A stretch of DNA of 52,166 nucleotides from Planctomycetota bacterium (GTDB lineage: Bacteria > Planctomycetota > Phycisphaerae > FEN-1346): assembly GCA_026387035.1 (NCBI GenBank), contig JAPLMM010000262.1, positions 1 through 52,166 on the forward strand, given 5' to 3'. Both the position numbers and the translations under genes were made by a program. The stretch's first letter is position 1, and each line of letters opens with the position of its first letter. Below are positions 8,576 to 16,811 of the stretch, in pieces. The notes below the pieces were generated by a model that worked only from the letters and a program-made list of their open reading frames with translations, made no database searches and was not told the origin of the DNA.

Positions 8576-9697
8576 ATGAGGCGGATGCGTGCGATCGGGC
8601 TATGGGTCACGCTGGCGGCCGTCGGCGCCCTCGCGGCGCTGTCGGTCGTCGGGACGTTTCGGGGGGCCGAAGGCGCCCGCGCGCTGTTCACATCGGAACC
8701 GCTCGCCGTCTTCTGGATCCTGCTGGCGGCGTTTCTGGTCGCCTGTTTCTTTTTCGGGACGGGCCTCCTCCGGTCGCCGGGCTTGGTGGCGATGCACGTC
8801 GGCAGCATCCTCATTCTCGTCGGGGCGATGTGGGGTTCTGACAAGGGCCACTCCGTGGCAGAGAAACTCCTCGGCCGGAAGAAAATTCCGCATGGTTACA
8901 TGATGATCCCCGAGGGCACCGCGACCGACGAGGTGGCCGATGACGCGACGGGCGAGTTGGTCGGGCGACTCCCGTTCCGGGTCGGCCTGAAGGATTTCCG
9001 GATCGAGTACTACCCGGCCAAGGGGCCGTGGGAATTGTGGTTCGGGATGCCGGTGCCGCCGGGCCACGCGCCCCAGATGGGTTGGGTGCCGATTGCGTGG
9101 AAGGAAGGCGAGGAGGTTTCCGTCGGCCGGACGGCGCTTCGCGTCCGTGTGATCCGGTACTTGCCCGGCGCCCGGCCGGTCCGCGGCGAGGCAGGGGAGA
9201 TTGCAGGCGCGGCGCCGGATTCGCGGAGTCGGACGCCCGCCATGGAGGTTGAGGTCGCCGTTCGCGACCGGGAGTTCCGCGGTTGGATTCTCGTGCCGGA
9301 AGGAGAGGATCGGGCGAGTCTGTCGCTCGCGCCGATTATGCCGGAAGATCTGTCGAAGGAGGCCGCGCCGAATCTCTGGCTCGTCCAGCCCCGGGGCATG
9401 CCGAAGGATTACTTCAGCGACCTGGCGGTTCTGGAGGGCGGGGCGGTGGTGGCCGAGAAGACGATTGAGGTGAACGATCCGCTCGGCTGGGGCGGGTACC
9501 ATTTCTACCAGTACGATTACGATCACGAGCGGGGAGAATACACGGTCCTTTCGGTCCGCTCGGATTCGGGGCTCTACGCGGTCTATGCGGGATTCGTGCT
9601 GCTCGTCGCGGGGGCGTTCGTGCGGTTCTGGGTCGAGCGCGCCTGGACGGGCCTGAGGCGACGGAGGAGCGATGGAGTTCAGGCCGACGCCCGTTAA
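8576..9697 (+). CDS. ccs1: cytochrome c biogenesis protein Ccs1/ResB (System II)
   Basis: 373-aa ORF with N-terminal TM helices, a periplasmic domain and the C-terminal 'DYFSDL...VNDPLGWGGYHFYQ' block followed by a final TM helix. It lies immediately upstream of ccsA and divergent from hemA. Confidence 0.75.
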   Translation: MRRMRAIGLWVTLAAVGALAALSVVGTFRGAEGARALFTSEPLAVFWILLAAFLVACFFFGTGLLRSPGLVAMHVGSILILVGAMWGSDKGHSVAEKLLGRKKIPHGYMMIPEGTATDEVADDATGELVGRLPFRVGLKDFRIEYYPAKGPWELWFGMPVPPGHAPQMGWVPIAWKEGEEVSVGRTALRVRVIRYLPGARPVRGEAGEIAGAAPDSRSRTPAMEVEVAVRDREFRGWILVPEGEDRASLSLAPIMPEDLSKEAAPNLWLVQPRGMPKDYFSDLAVLEGGAVVAEKTIEVNDPLGWGGYHFYQYDYDHERGEYTVLSVRSDSGLYAVYAGFVLLVAGAFVRFWVERAWTGLRRRRSDGVQADAR

Positions 9698-10526
9698 CTG
9701 GATGGTCCTCGTGGCGATGGGCGCCTACGTGGCGTCCGCGCTCGTGCTCGTCGCGGGCGCGCTCGCCGGGCGGGGGCGCGCCGGAGGCAGAGCCCCGCGC
9801 GTGCTTTGGGCTCCGGGATGGGCGCTCTATGCGGCGGGGTTCGCCGTCTCGCTGGCCGCCTGGCTCGTCCGGTGGCAGGAAGTTCAGCACGCGCCGCTCC
9901 AGAACCTTTACGAAGTGTTCCTGACGATGGGCGCGCTGATGCTGCCGATCTCGCTCTTCTGCCGCCGGGCGCTTCGCGTCGGGGCGGAGTGGGCGGATGC
10001 CGTTCTCGCGGCCGTGGTGCTCTTTCCGGTGGCGATGGTGTTCAACCCCGATCCCCAGCACCTGCCGGCCGCGCTCCAGAGTCCCCTGTTCGTCCCGCAC
10101 GTTGCGACGTACCTGGCGGCCTACGTTGTTCTCGGCAAGGCGGCGGTCCAGGCGTTCGGGCGCCTGGTTCGTGGCCCGGCGGAGCGTGTCGGGAAGACTT
10201 TGGTCGGCGGCTCGGCCTCCCTCGAGCGGGCGACGTACACGATGGTGTGCTTTGGTTTCCCGCTGCTGACGCTCGGCCTGGTGCTGGGTGCCTGGTGGGG
10301 CAAACTCGCCTGGGGCGACTACTGGAACTGGGACCCGAAAGAACTCTGGTCCTTCGTCTCGTGGCTCGTGTTTCTGGCGTACCTGCACTTCCGGGCGGTT
10401 CGCGGCCCCCGGTCGCCCGTGGCGGGGTCGCTCCTGGTCCTGGCGGGCACGGCGTGCATCCTCATCACGCTCTTGTGGGCGAATCTCTCGCGCCTCTTCG
10501 CCGGCCTCCATTCCTACGCCACATAA
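9672..10526 (+). CDS. ccsA: cytochrome c assembly protein CcsA/ResC (System II haem handling)
   Basis: Polytopic membrane protein with the tryptophan-rich WWD motif WGKLAWGDYWNWDPKELWSF. The start may instead be ATG 9702. Confidence 0.85.
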   Translation: MEFRPTPVNWMVLVAMGAYVASALVLVAGALAGRGRAGGRAPRVLWAPGWALYAAGFAVSLAAWLVRWQEVQHAPLQNLYEVFLTMGALMLPISLFCRRALRVGAEWADAVLAAVVLFPVAMVFNPDPQHLPAALQSPLFVPHVATYLAAYVVLGKAAVQAFGRLVRGPAERVGKTLVGGSASLERATYTMVCFGFPLLTLGLVLGAWWGKLAWGDYWNWDPKELWSFVSWLVFLAYLHFRAVRGPRSPVAGSLLVLAGTACILITLLWANLSRLFAGLHSYAT

Positions 10527-10560
10527 CGCGCCGGCTGCTTAGGCGCCCCGACGCGAAGCA

Positions 10561-11202
10561 CTACGGTTCGTCCGCTCCGCCGACGAGAGGGACGAATCGG
10601 CACGGACAAAACTCGATCCGGTCCACCTGCCCGCCGCGCTTCTCGAGCCGCGCGAGAATCTGCCCCCCGAACGCGCCCACCGGCGTCACCAGGACGCCCG
10701 GGTCGCCCAGTTGTTCGAGCCAGACTTGCGGGACTTCCTCCGCCGCCGCGGCACAGAGAATGCGGTCGAACGGCGCTTCCTCGGGCCAGCCCGCCCGGCC
10801 GTTGCCGGCGCGGTAACGGACGTTCCTGTGGCCGAGCCGCTCCAGCGTGCTGCGCGCCTGCGCGATCAGCATCGCGTGGACCTCGATGGTATAGACCTCG
10901 GCCGCCAGGAGCGCGAGGATCGCCGTCTGGTATCCCGAGCCCGTCCCGATCTCCAGGACCCGCTCCGTCCCGCGGAGGTCGAGGCTCTGGGTCATGATGG
11001 CGACCATGTAGGGCTGGCTGATGGTCTGGCCCGCGCCGATGGGCAGCGGCCGGTCCTCGTAGGCGTGAACTTTCTGGTCGGCCGGCACGAAGGCCGCCCG
11101 GTCCACTCGCCGCATCGCCTCCAGGACGCGCGGGTCGCGGATGTCGCGGCTCGCCAGTTGGGTCCGCACCATTGCGTCGAGCCATCCCGCAGCCGGGTCC
11201 AT
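10561..11202 (-). CDS. pcm: protein-L-isoaspartate O-methyltransferase
   Basis: Motifs: GAGQTISQPYMVA and the SAM motif VLEIGTGSGYQTAIL. I placed the start at ATG 11202 (MDPAAGW...). The upstream part of listed ORF 10561..11721 is not protein-like. Confidence 0.9.
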   Translation of the reverse strand: MDPAAGWLDAMVRTQLASRDIRDPRVLEAMRRVDRAAFVPADQKVHAYEDRPLPIGAGQTISQPYMVAIMTQSLDLRGTERVLEIGTGSGYQTAILALLAAEVYTIEVHAMLIAQARSTLERLGHRNVRYRAGNGRAGWPEEAPFDRILCAAAAEEVPQVWLEQLGDPGVLVTPVGAFGGQILARLEKRGGQVDRIEFCPCRFVPLVGGADEP

Positions 11203-11216
11203 GCGGCTTTCCTCGC

Positions 11217-11389
11217 TCACTCCATTCCTATTATATAGCGCAGCGCAAGCCGCAGGAAACGCAGCGGTTCCGTCACGGGATTGATCTTCGACTTCGCTTC
11301 GCCGTAAATCGTCGCGACGCTTACTTCGCGGATCTTGAGGCCCCGCCGCTGCCGATGATGACGACATCCGCACCCGTCGGCTGGTCCAT
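11217..11389 (-). pseudogene. juxtaposed gene remnants: the first ~17 codons of an FAD/NAD Rossmann oxidoreductase joined out of frame to the last ~38 codons of a GT2-type glycosyltransferase
   Basis: ATG 11389 follows the SD AGGAAGG and reads MDQPTGADVVIIGSGGA, then stops after 5 more codons. A different frame reads LKIREVSVATIYGEAKSKINPVTEPLRFLRLALRYIIG*, which is a typical GT2 C-terminal tail. No intact body exists for either gene. Confidence 0.4.
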
Positions 11390-11584
11390 CGGACGCCCGC
11401 CTTCCTGGCAACTTTCCCGCGCAACCCCACTATAGTGCGTGCGGCCGGCCGGGGCAAGTGACGGAATCGGGACTGCCGAACCGCTTTTGACACGGCATGC
11501 CCCGCCGGTATATACTCGGCTTGCCGCGAGGCGGCGGGAGGCGGCCTTGTCCCAATCGAAGGCCCGATGAATCGGAGGCACGAC

Positions 11585-12487
11585 ATGAACCGGACACTGT
11601 TTGCAGCAGCGGCCGCCGTCCTGGGCGGCGCACTGGTGACGGCCGCGCGGTTGGCCGCGACGGCCGAGATAAAGGAGTCCGCCGCGCCGGCGCAAGCGAA
11701 GGAGGCCGCCGCCATGCCCAATCCCTTCTACGCCATGGACACCTACACCAAGGACCTGGACCTGGTGAAGGAACTCGGCTACGCGGGCCTGAGTTGGACG
11801 CTGGGCGACCCCAAGGCCTCTCAGGCGGCGGCCGGGCAGGCCAAGGAGCGGGGCCTCAAGATCTTCGCCATCTATTGCGGCGTGACGCTCGACAAGGACA
11901 AACTCCAGTTCGACCCGCGTCTCAAGGACACCCTGGCCGCCCTCAAGGGCCACGACACGCTCATCTGGCTGCACATCAGCAGCAAGGACTACCCGAAATC
12001 GTCGGCCGACGGCGACGCGACGGCCGTGGAGGGCCTCCGGGAGATCGCCGACCTGGCCGCCGCCCAGGGCCTCCGCGTGGCCATCTATCCGCACGTGGGC
12101 AACTGGACCGAGCGGGTGCAGGACGCCGTGCGCGTGGCCAGGAAGGTGGACCGCAAGAACTTCGGCGTCACCTTCAACCTGTGCCACTGCCTGGCCGTGG
12201 GCGACGAGGACAAGATTTCCACGCTCCTGGAAGAGGCCGCCCCGCACCTGTTCATGGTCAGCATCAACGGGGCCGACTCGAAGGCCCCCGGCGGCGGATG
12301 GGGCCGCCTGATTCAGACGCTGGACCAGGGCACGTTCGACATGGTGCCGCTGCTTAAGAAATTGCAGGCGGTCAATTACCGGGGGCCCATCGGCCTCCAA
12401 GGCTACGGCGTCAAGGGCGACGCCAAGGACAACCTGGCCCGCTCGATGGCCGCCTGGCGGCAACTCTCGGCCCGGGCGATGCAGTAG
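11585..12487 (+). CDS. secreted sugar phosphate isomerase/epimerase (xylose isomerase-like TIM barrel)
   Basis: Signal peptide MNRTLFAAAAAVLGGALVTAARLAA. TIM-barrel style blocks are present (YAGLSW, IYPHVGNW, FGVTFNLCHCL). I chose ATG 11585 as the start because the SD GGAGG lies 6 nt upstream. Confidence 0.7.
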   Translation: MNRTLFAAAAAVLGGALVTAARLAATAEIKESAAPAQAKEAAAMPNPFYAMDTYTKDLDLVKELGYAGLSWTLGDPKASQAAAGQAKERGLKIFAIYCGVTLDKDKLQFDPRLKDTLAALKGHDTLIWLHISSKDYPKSSADGDATAVEGLREIADLAAAQGLRVAIYPHVGNWTERVQDAVRVARKVDRKNFGVTFNLCHCLAVGDEDKISTLLEEAAPHLFMVSINGADSKAPGGGWGRLIQTLDQGTFDMVPLLKKLQAVNYRGPIGLQGYGVKGDAKDNLARSMAAWRQLSARAMQ

Positions 12488-12572
12488 CCCGCGCATCGCA
12501 GGTCGGCTCGCCGCAAGGGCGGGCCTCGCTACCTGCGAATCAGGGGGGAATAAACGAAGAACGGAGGATCAC

Positions 12573-13292
12573 ATGAATCGCAGAACACTCTTAAAGACCG
12601 TGCCGGTCCTTACCGTGCTGGCCGCCGCAGGGTTCGCCAGGGCCGAGGAGGCCGGCACGGCGCCCGGTCCCGCGCAGGGCCTGCAACCGATTGCGCTGCC
12701 GAAGCCCCAGACCGACGGCGGCAAGTCCGTCCTGGCGGCCCTCCAGGAAAGAAGGACCAATCGCAGCATCAAGCCGGATGCGCTGCCCCCGCAGATGCTG
12801 TCGAATCTTCTCTGGTCGGCGTTCGGCGTGAACCGCGACAAGGGGGGCGGCCAGGTGGGTCGAACCGCTGCATCGGCCAGCAACTCCCAGGAAATCGACC
12901 TTTACGTCATCCTGCCCGAAGGCGTGTACCTCTACGAGGCGGTTCCTCACCGCCTGGCGCCGGTTGTCGCCGGGGACCTGCGCGCCAAGGTTGCCGACCA
13001 CGGTCGCGGGGGCGGCGCGGCCAAGGCGCCGGTGAATCTCATCTTCGTCGCCGACATCGCCAAGTTCAGCAAGGCCAGATTCCAGGAGCCGGGCTTGAAA
13101 GACCCGGAGATCCAGAAATCCTATTACTGCGTCGCCACGGGCCTCATCGCCGGAAACGTGTACCTGTTTGCCGCCTCGCAAGGCCTGGCCGCCTGGTTCC
13201 ACAACTGCAATAAGCCCGCCCTGGCTGCGGAGTTGAAACTGCGGCCCGACCAGCGCGTCCTCTACGCCCAGACCGTGGGTTACCCGGCGTAG
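12573..13292 (+). CDS. nitroreductase-fold flavoprotein with twin-arginine-type signal
   Basis: The N-terminus MNRRTLLKTVPVLTVLAAAGFARA is Tat-like. It is followed by nitroreductase/SagB-type blocks (RRTNRS, LLWSAFGVNR, IDLYVILPEGVYLYE). Confidence 0.7.
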   Translation: MNRRTLLKTVPVLTVLAAAGFARAEEAGTAPGPAQGLQPIALPKPQTDGGKSVLAALQERRTNRSIKPDALPPQMLSNLLWSAFGVNRDKGGGQVGRTAASASNSQEIDLYVILPEGVYLYEAVPHRLAPVVAGDLRAKVADHGRGGGAAKAPVNLIFVADIAKFSKARFQEPGLKDPEIQKSYYCVATGLIAGNVYLFAASQGLAAWFHNCNKPALAAELKLRPDQRVLYAQTVGYPA

Positions 13293-13462
13293 CGCCGGCC
13301 GGCGCAGGGGCGCTCCAGAGCGCGCCGCGATGCGCACGGCCTCGCCGCGGACCCGCGGCTCGTGGACGACGGCACAGACGACTACCGCCTCCGCCCGGGC
13401 AGCCCCTGCATTGATGCCGGCGCCCCCGCCTCTTGCCCCTCTGAGAAGGTGCCCGTGTTTTT

Positions 13463-13497
13463 CGGTTCCCGGTTGCCGGTTCTCTGTTCCCGCCTTC
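13463..13497. repeat. tandem 7-bp periodic array (CGGTTCC CGGTTGC CGGTTCT CTGTTCC CGCCTTC)
   Basis: Read directly from the sequence. The array is intergenic and its period is not a multiple of 3. Confidence 0.8.
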
Positions 13498-13573
13498 TCC
13501 CCCTGTGGGAAGTGGTCTGACTGCTGTTGTCAACGGAGGCACGCAGGCACTCAGGCGCTTACCGGCGTGCCGC

Positions 13574-13602
13574 TTGACCTGGCCGGCGGGATGCTTGATA
13601 AT
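13574..13602 (+). promoter_or_regulatory. sigma70-like promoter for the DUF62-bioA-bioD operon
   Basis: TTGACC (13574-13579), a 17-nt spacer, then GATAAT (13597-13602). It lies about 25 nt upstream of the GTG start. Confidence 0.45.
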
Positions 13603-13625
13603 TGGCCGACCGAAAGGAGACGCCC

Positions 13626-14438
13626 GTGTCCCGCATCATCACGCTGTTGACGGATTTCGGCATTGCGAGCACCTACCCCGCCCAGATGAAAGGGGTGATC
13701 CTGGAGCGGTGCCCCTCGGCCAGGCTGGTGGACCTCTCGCACGAGGTGCCCCGGCACGACGTGCGGACGGCCGCGTTCATGCTGGCCAGTGCCGTGCGGG
13801 CCTTTCCCGGAGGCACGATTCACGTGGCCGTTGTGGACCCTCAGGTTGGCTCCGCGCGCCGGGTACTGGCGGCCGAATCGGCGGGACAAACCTATCTGGC
13901 CCCGGACAATGGGCTTCTGACGGTCGTCCTCGGCGGGAAAATCGGGCGAGGCACGGGCGCCGCGGCCGCCCGCGTCGTCAGCGTCGAGGACCGCGCGCTC
14001 TTCCGCTCCGACGTGTCAAGCACATTCCACGGGCGGGACATTTTCGCTCCCGTCGGCGCGGCTTTGGCGTGCGGCGCGGCCCTTGAGAACCTCGGGCCGG
14101 AGATCGAATCTATCCAGCGGCTCGACGTTCCCGCGTCGCGCCGCGAGGCCGGGGCCGTCAAGGGCGAGGTGCTCTACGTGGATCCGTTCGGCAACCTGGT
14201 GACGAACGTCATCGCGGGCGAGTTGACCGAATCGGAACTGGCCCGGATCGTGGTTTACGTCGGCGGGGCGGTGATCCGCGGCCTCTCGCGGGCCTACAGC
14301 GACGTCGCCGCCGGCATGTTGCTCGCCTACGTCGGCAGCGCGGGCTTCCTCGAGGTGGCCGTCAACCGCCAGAGTGCTGCCTCGCGTCTTGCGGCCGACG
14401 TTGGCACCTCCGTCCGCATCGGGTTCGAGGCCCCATGA
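13626..14438 (+). CDS. SAM hydroxide adenosyltransferase / SAM hydrolase (DUF62, chlorinase-fluorinase fold)
   Basis: Motifs: ITLLTDFGIASTYPAQMKGVI, HVAVVDPQVGS, LAPDNGLL and FHGRDIFAPV. I placed the start at GTG 13626 (SD AGGAG 6 nt upstream); the listed ORF starts at TTG 13602. Its stop overlaps the bioA ATG (ATGA at 14435-14438). Confidence 0.8.
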   Translation: MSRIITLLTDFGIASTYPAQMKGVILERCPSARLVDLSHEVPRHDVRTAAFMLASAVRAFPGGTIHVAVVDPQVGSARRVLAAESAGQTYLAPDNGLLTVVLGGKIGRGTGAAAARVVSVEDRALFRSDVSSTFHGRDIFAPVGAALACGAALENLGPEIESIQRLDVPASRREAGAVKGEVLYVDPFGNLVTNVIAGELTESELARIVVYVGGAVIRGLSRAYSDVAAGMLLAYVGSAGFLEVAVNRQSAASRLAADVGTSVRIGFEAP

Positions 14439-15805
14439 GCCTTCCGCGCGACCGCTCCGAGCGCCTGCGCCGGGCCGACAAGGCCTCCCTCTGGCACCCC
14501 TTCACCCAGATGGCCGAGTGGGTCGCGGGCGACCCCGTCGTCATCGAGCGAGGCGAGCGCGAGTTCATCATCGACACGGACGGCAACCGCTATATCGACG
14601 GCATCTCGAGCCTGTGGTGCAACCTGCACGGCCATCGGCGGCGGGAGATCGACGATGCCGTCCGACGCCAACTTGACCGGATCGCGCATTCGACGCTTCT
14701 GGGTCTCGCCTCGCCGCCCTCGATCGAACTGGCCGAACGCCTTGTCGCTTTTGCGCCGAAAGGCCTGTCGCGCGTCTTCTACTCCGACTCCGGGGCGACG
14801 GCCGTCGAAGTCGCCCTCAAGATGGCGTTCCAGTATTGGCGACAGTGCAAGCGCCCGCGGCCCGAGAAGACGACGTTCGTCAGCCTCATGCACGGCTACC
14901 ACGGCGACACGCTCGGGGCCGTGAGCGTCGGGGGAATCGACCTGTTTCACGAGACCTACCGGCCGCTCCTCTTTCCGACGCTCCACGCGCCCTCGCCATA
15001 TTGCTACCGCTGTCCGCTTGGCCTGGGGCCGGAAGGCTGCGGCATGGCGTGCGCGGAGCGGATGGAGGAGTTGCTCGAGGCGCGCGGCCGGGAAGTGGCC
15101 GCCGTCATCCTCGAACCGTGCGTCCAGGGCGCCGCGGGCATCATCGTCCATCCCGAGGGGTATCTGCGTCGCGTGGCCGACGCCTGCCGGCGGCACGACG
15201 TTCTCCTCATTTGTGATGAGGTGGCGACGGGGTTCGGGCGGACGGGTCGGCTCTTCGCATGTGAACACGAGGGCGTCGAGCCGGACCTGTTGTGTCTCGG
15301 CAAAGGCATCAGCGGGGGCTACCTGCCTCTCGCCGCCACTCTCGCGACTGAGAGAATTTACGAGGCGTTCCTCGGCGAGCCGGCCTCCGGCCGAACGTTC
15401 TATCATGGCCATACGTACACGGGCAACGCGCTCGGGTGCGCGGCCGGGCTGGCGAGCCTCGACGTCTTTGAGAAGGACCGCGTTCTGGATCGCATCGGCC
15501 AGTTAGCCCGGCAGTTGGCCGAGGGCCTGTCGCGGCTGGCGGAACGCGCGCACGTCGGCGAGGTTCGCCGCAAGGGACTCATGGCGGGCATCGAACTGGT
15601 GGCCGACCGCGCGACGCGCGAGCCCTTTCCGCCGGAGGAGCGCCGCGCTTGGCGGGCTTGCGTGGCGGCGCGTCGTCACGGCGTGTGGGTGCGTCCGCTC
15701 GGCGACGTCGTCGTCCTCATGCCGCCTTACTGCATTTCGGACGAGAGCCTGGGGCGGCTCGTCGCGGGCGTCTCGAAGGGCATCGCGGAGGTCACCGGCG
15801 AATGA
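14435..15805 (+). CDS. bioA: adenosylmethionine-8-amino-7-oxononanoate aminotransferase
   Basis: Class III PLP aminotransferase. Motifs: LWHPFTQM, YSDSGATAVE, LICDEVATGFGRTG and the Lys block LCLGKGISGGYLPL. Confidence 0.9.
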   Translation: MSLPRDRSERLRRADKASLWHPFTQMAEWVAGDPVVIERGEREFIIDTDGNRYIDGISSLWCNLHGHRRREIDDAVRRQLDRIAHSTLLGLASPPSIELAERLVAFAPKGLSRVFYSDSGATAVEVALKMAFQYWRQCKRPRPEKTTFVSLMHGYHGDTLGAVSVGGIDLFHETYRPLLFPTLHAPSPYCYRCPLGLGPEGCGMACAERMEELLEARGREVAAVILEPCVQGAAGIIVHPEGYLRRVADACRRHDVLLICDEVATGFGRTGRLFACEHEGVEPDLLCLGKGISGGYLPLAATLATERIYEAFLGEPASGRTFYHGHTYTGNALGCAAGLASLDVFEKDRVLDRIGQLARQLAEGLSRLAERAHVGEVRRKGLMAGIELVADRATREPFPPEERRAWRACVAARRHGVWVRPLGDVVVLMPPYCISDESLGRLVAGVSKGIAEVTGE

Positions 15806-16515
15806 ATCGCGGATTCTTCATCACGGGCACCGACACGGGCGTCGGGAAGACCGTCGTCGCGGCGGCGCTGGCCATCGTTCTTCGCGAGAGCGGGCGGGAT
15901 GTCGGCGTCTTCAAACCCGTGGCCTCGGGCTGCGTCCGCCGGCGCGAAGGCCTCGTCTCCGAGGATGCTGAGTTCCTCGCCAAGGCGGCCGAGGCCCCCG
16001 AGACGCTCGAGGAGATTTCGCCGATCCGGTTCGAGGCGCCCCTGGCGCCGACGGTGGCGGCGGCGCGGGCGGGCGTCGAAACGGATCTCGAGCCGATGTG
16101 GGAGGCGTGGCGGCGCCTCCGCGACGCCCACGAAATTCTCCTCGTCGAGGGCATCGGCGGGATCCTTTGCCCCGTGACGCCGGCGATGAGCGTGGCGGAC
16201 CTCGCGAAGGAATTCCGCTTGCCGCTCCTGGTCGTCGCGAGGTCGACGCTGGGGACGATCAACCATACGGCCCTGGTGATCGAGGCGGCGCGGGCTCGGG
16301 GCCTCGCGGTGGCCGGCGTCGTCATCAACCGCTACAACCACGAGTCGCCGGACTTGGCGGAGATGACCAGCCCCGACGAGATTTGGCGCGTCACGGGCGT
16401 TCGGGTCCTCGGCCTTGTGCCGGAAGACCGGGCGACGGATTTCCGTGCGGGCGTCGTGGGGCCGGACGTACTCGCCGCGGTGCGCCAGTTGCCCCTCAAC
16501 CGCCTGCTGGCGTGA
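15802..16515 (+). CDS. bioD: dethiobiotin synthetase
   Basis: MNRGFFITGTDTGVGKT P-loop. Its ATG overlaps the bioA stop (ATGA at 15802-15805). The upstream part of listed ORF 15649.. lies inside bioA. Confidence 0.9.
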   Translation: MNRGFFITGTDTGVGKTVVAAALAIVLRESGRDVGVFKPVASGCVRRREGLVSEDAEFLAKAAEAPETLEEISPIRFEAPLAPTVAAARAGVETDLEPMWEAWRRLRDAHEILLVEGIGGILCPVTPAMSVADLAKEFRLPLLVVARSTLGTINHTALVIEAARARGLAVAGVVINRYNHESPDLAEMTSPDEIWRVTGVRVLGLVPEDRATDFRAGVVGPDVLAAVRQLPLNRLLA

Positions 16516-16540
16516 TTCGGCCGGGCGAAACCGTTTGGGC

Positions 16541-16568
16541 TTGACACCGGCGCGCCGAGGCGTATCAT
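16541..16568 (+). promoter_or_regulatory. sigma70-like promoter upstream of tRNA-Val
   Basis: TTGACA (16541-16546), a 16-nt spacer, then TATCAT (16563-16568). It lies about 22 nt before the tRNA 5' end. Confidence 0.45.
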
Positions 16569-16590
16569 TGAATCGACTTTGTTGAAGTGT

Positions 16591-16667
16591 GGGCGATTAG
16601 CTCAGACGGCTAGAGCGCCTGCTCGACACGCAGGAGGTCACTGGTTCAAGTCCAGTATCGCCCACCA
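16591..16667 (+). tRNA. tRNA-Val (anticodon GAC), CCA encoded
   Basis: Hand-folded cloverleaf. Acceptor stem GGGCGAT/ATCGCCC. D arm GCTC-AGACGGCTA-GAGC. Anticodon arm CCTGC-TCGACAC-GCAGG. Variable loop AGGTC. T arm ACTGG-TTCAAGT-CCAGT. Discriminator A, then CCA. Loop position 33 is C rather than the usual U. Confidence 0.85.
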
Positions 16668-16681
16668 TGCGTGGTGCAGGG

Positions 16682-16710
16682 CCTGCGGGGGGCTGAACCC
16701 GCGGGTTTTT
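16682..16710 (+). terminator. intrinsic terminator after tRNA-Val
   Basis: CCTGCGGG / CCCGCGGG forms an 8-bp stem with one G-U pair and an 8-nt loop. It is followed by TTTTT (16706-16710). Confidence 0.55.
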
Positions 16711-16783
16711 CCATTGGGGCGAGGTCGAGTGATTCACGCTTCTTCGCTGGAGCAAAAGAGGAAAATTTCACTAAACTCCTTGC

Positions 16784-16811
16784 TTGACATGCTTGGCTTC
16801 CATGGTATATT
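16784..16811 (+). promoter_or_regulatory. near-consensus extended -10 promoter with an AT-rich upstream tract
   Basis: TTGACA (16784-16789), a 16-nt spacer that ends in TGg, then TATATT (16806-16811). The sequence just upstream is unusually AT-rich for this window (AAAAGAGGAAAATTTCACTAAACTCC). The next ATG-initiated gene (arsR family) starts only at 17003. Confidence 0.5.

Noticed and set aside
13463-13497. Whether the short tandem arrays at 13463, 21651, 39652, 40780 and 51945 could be a CRISPR array.
   Set aside because: The units are 7 or 9 bp and directly abut each other with no spacers. No cas genes are present, so these are not CRISPR arrays.
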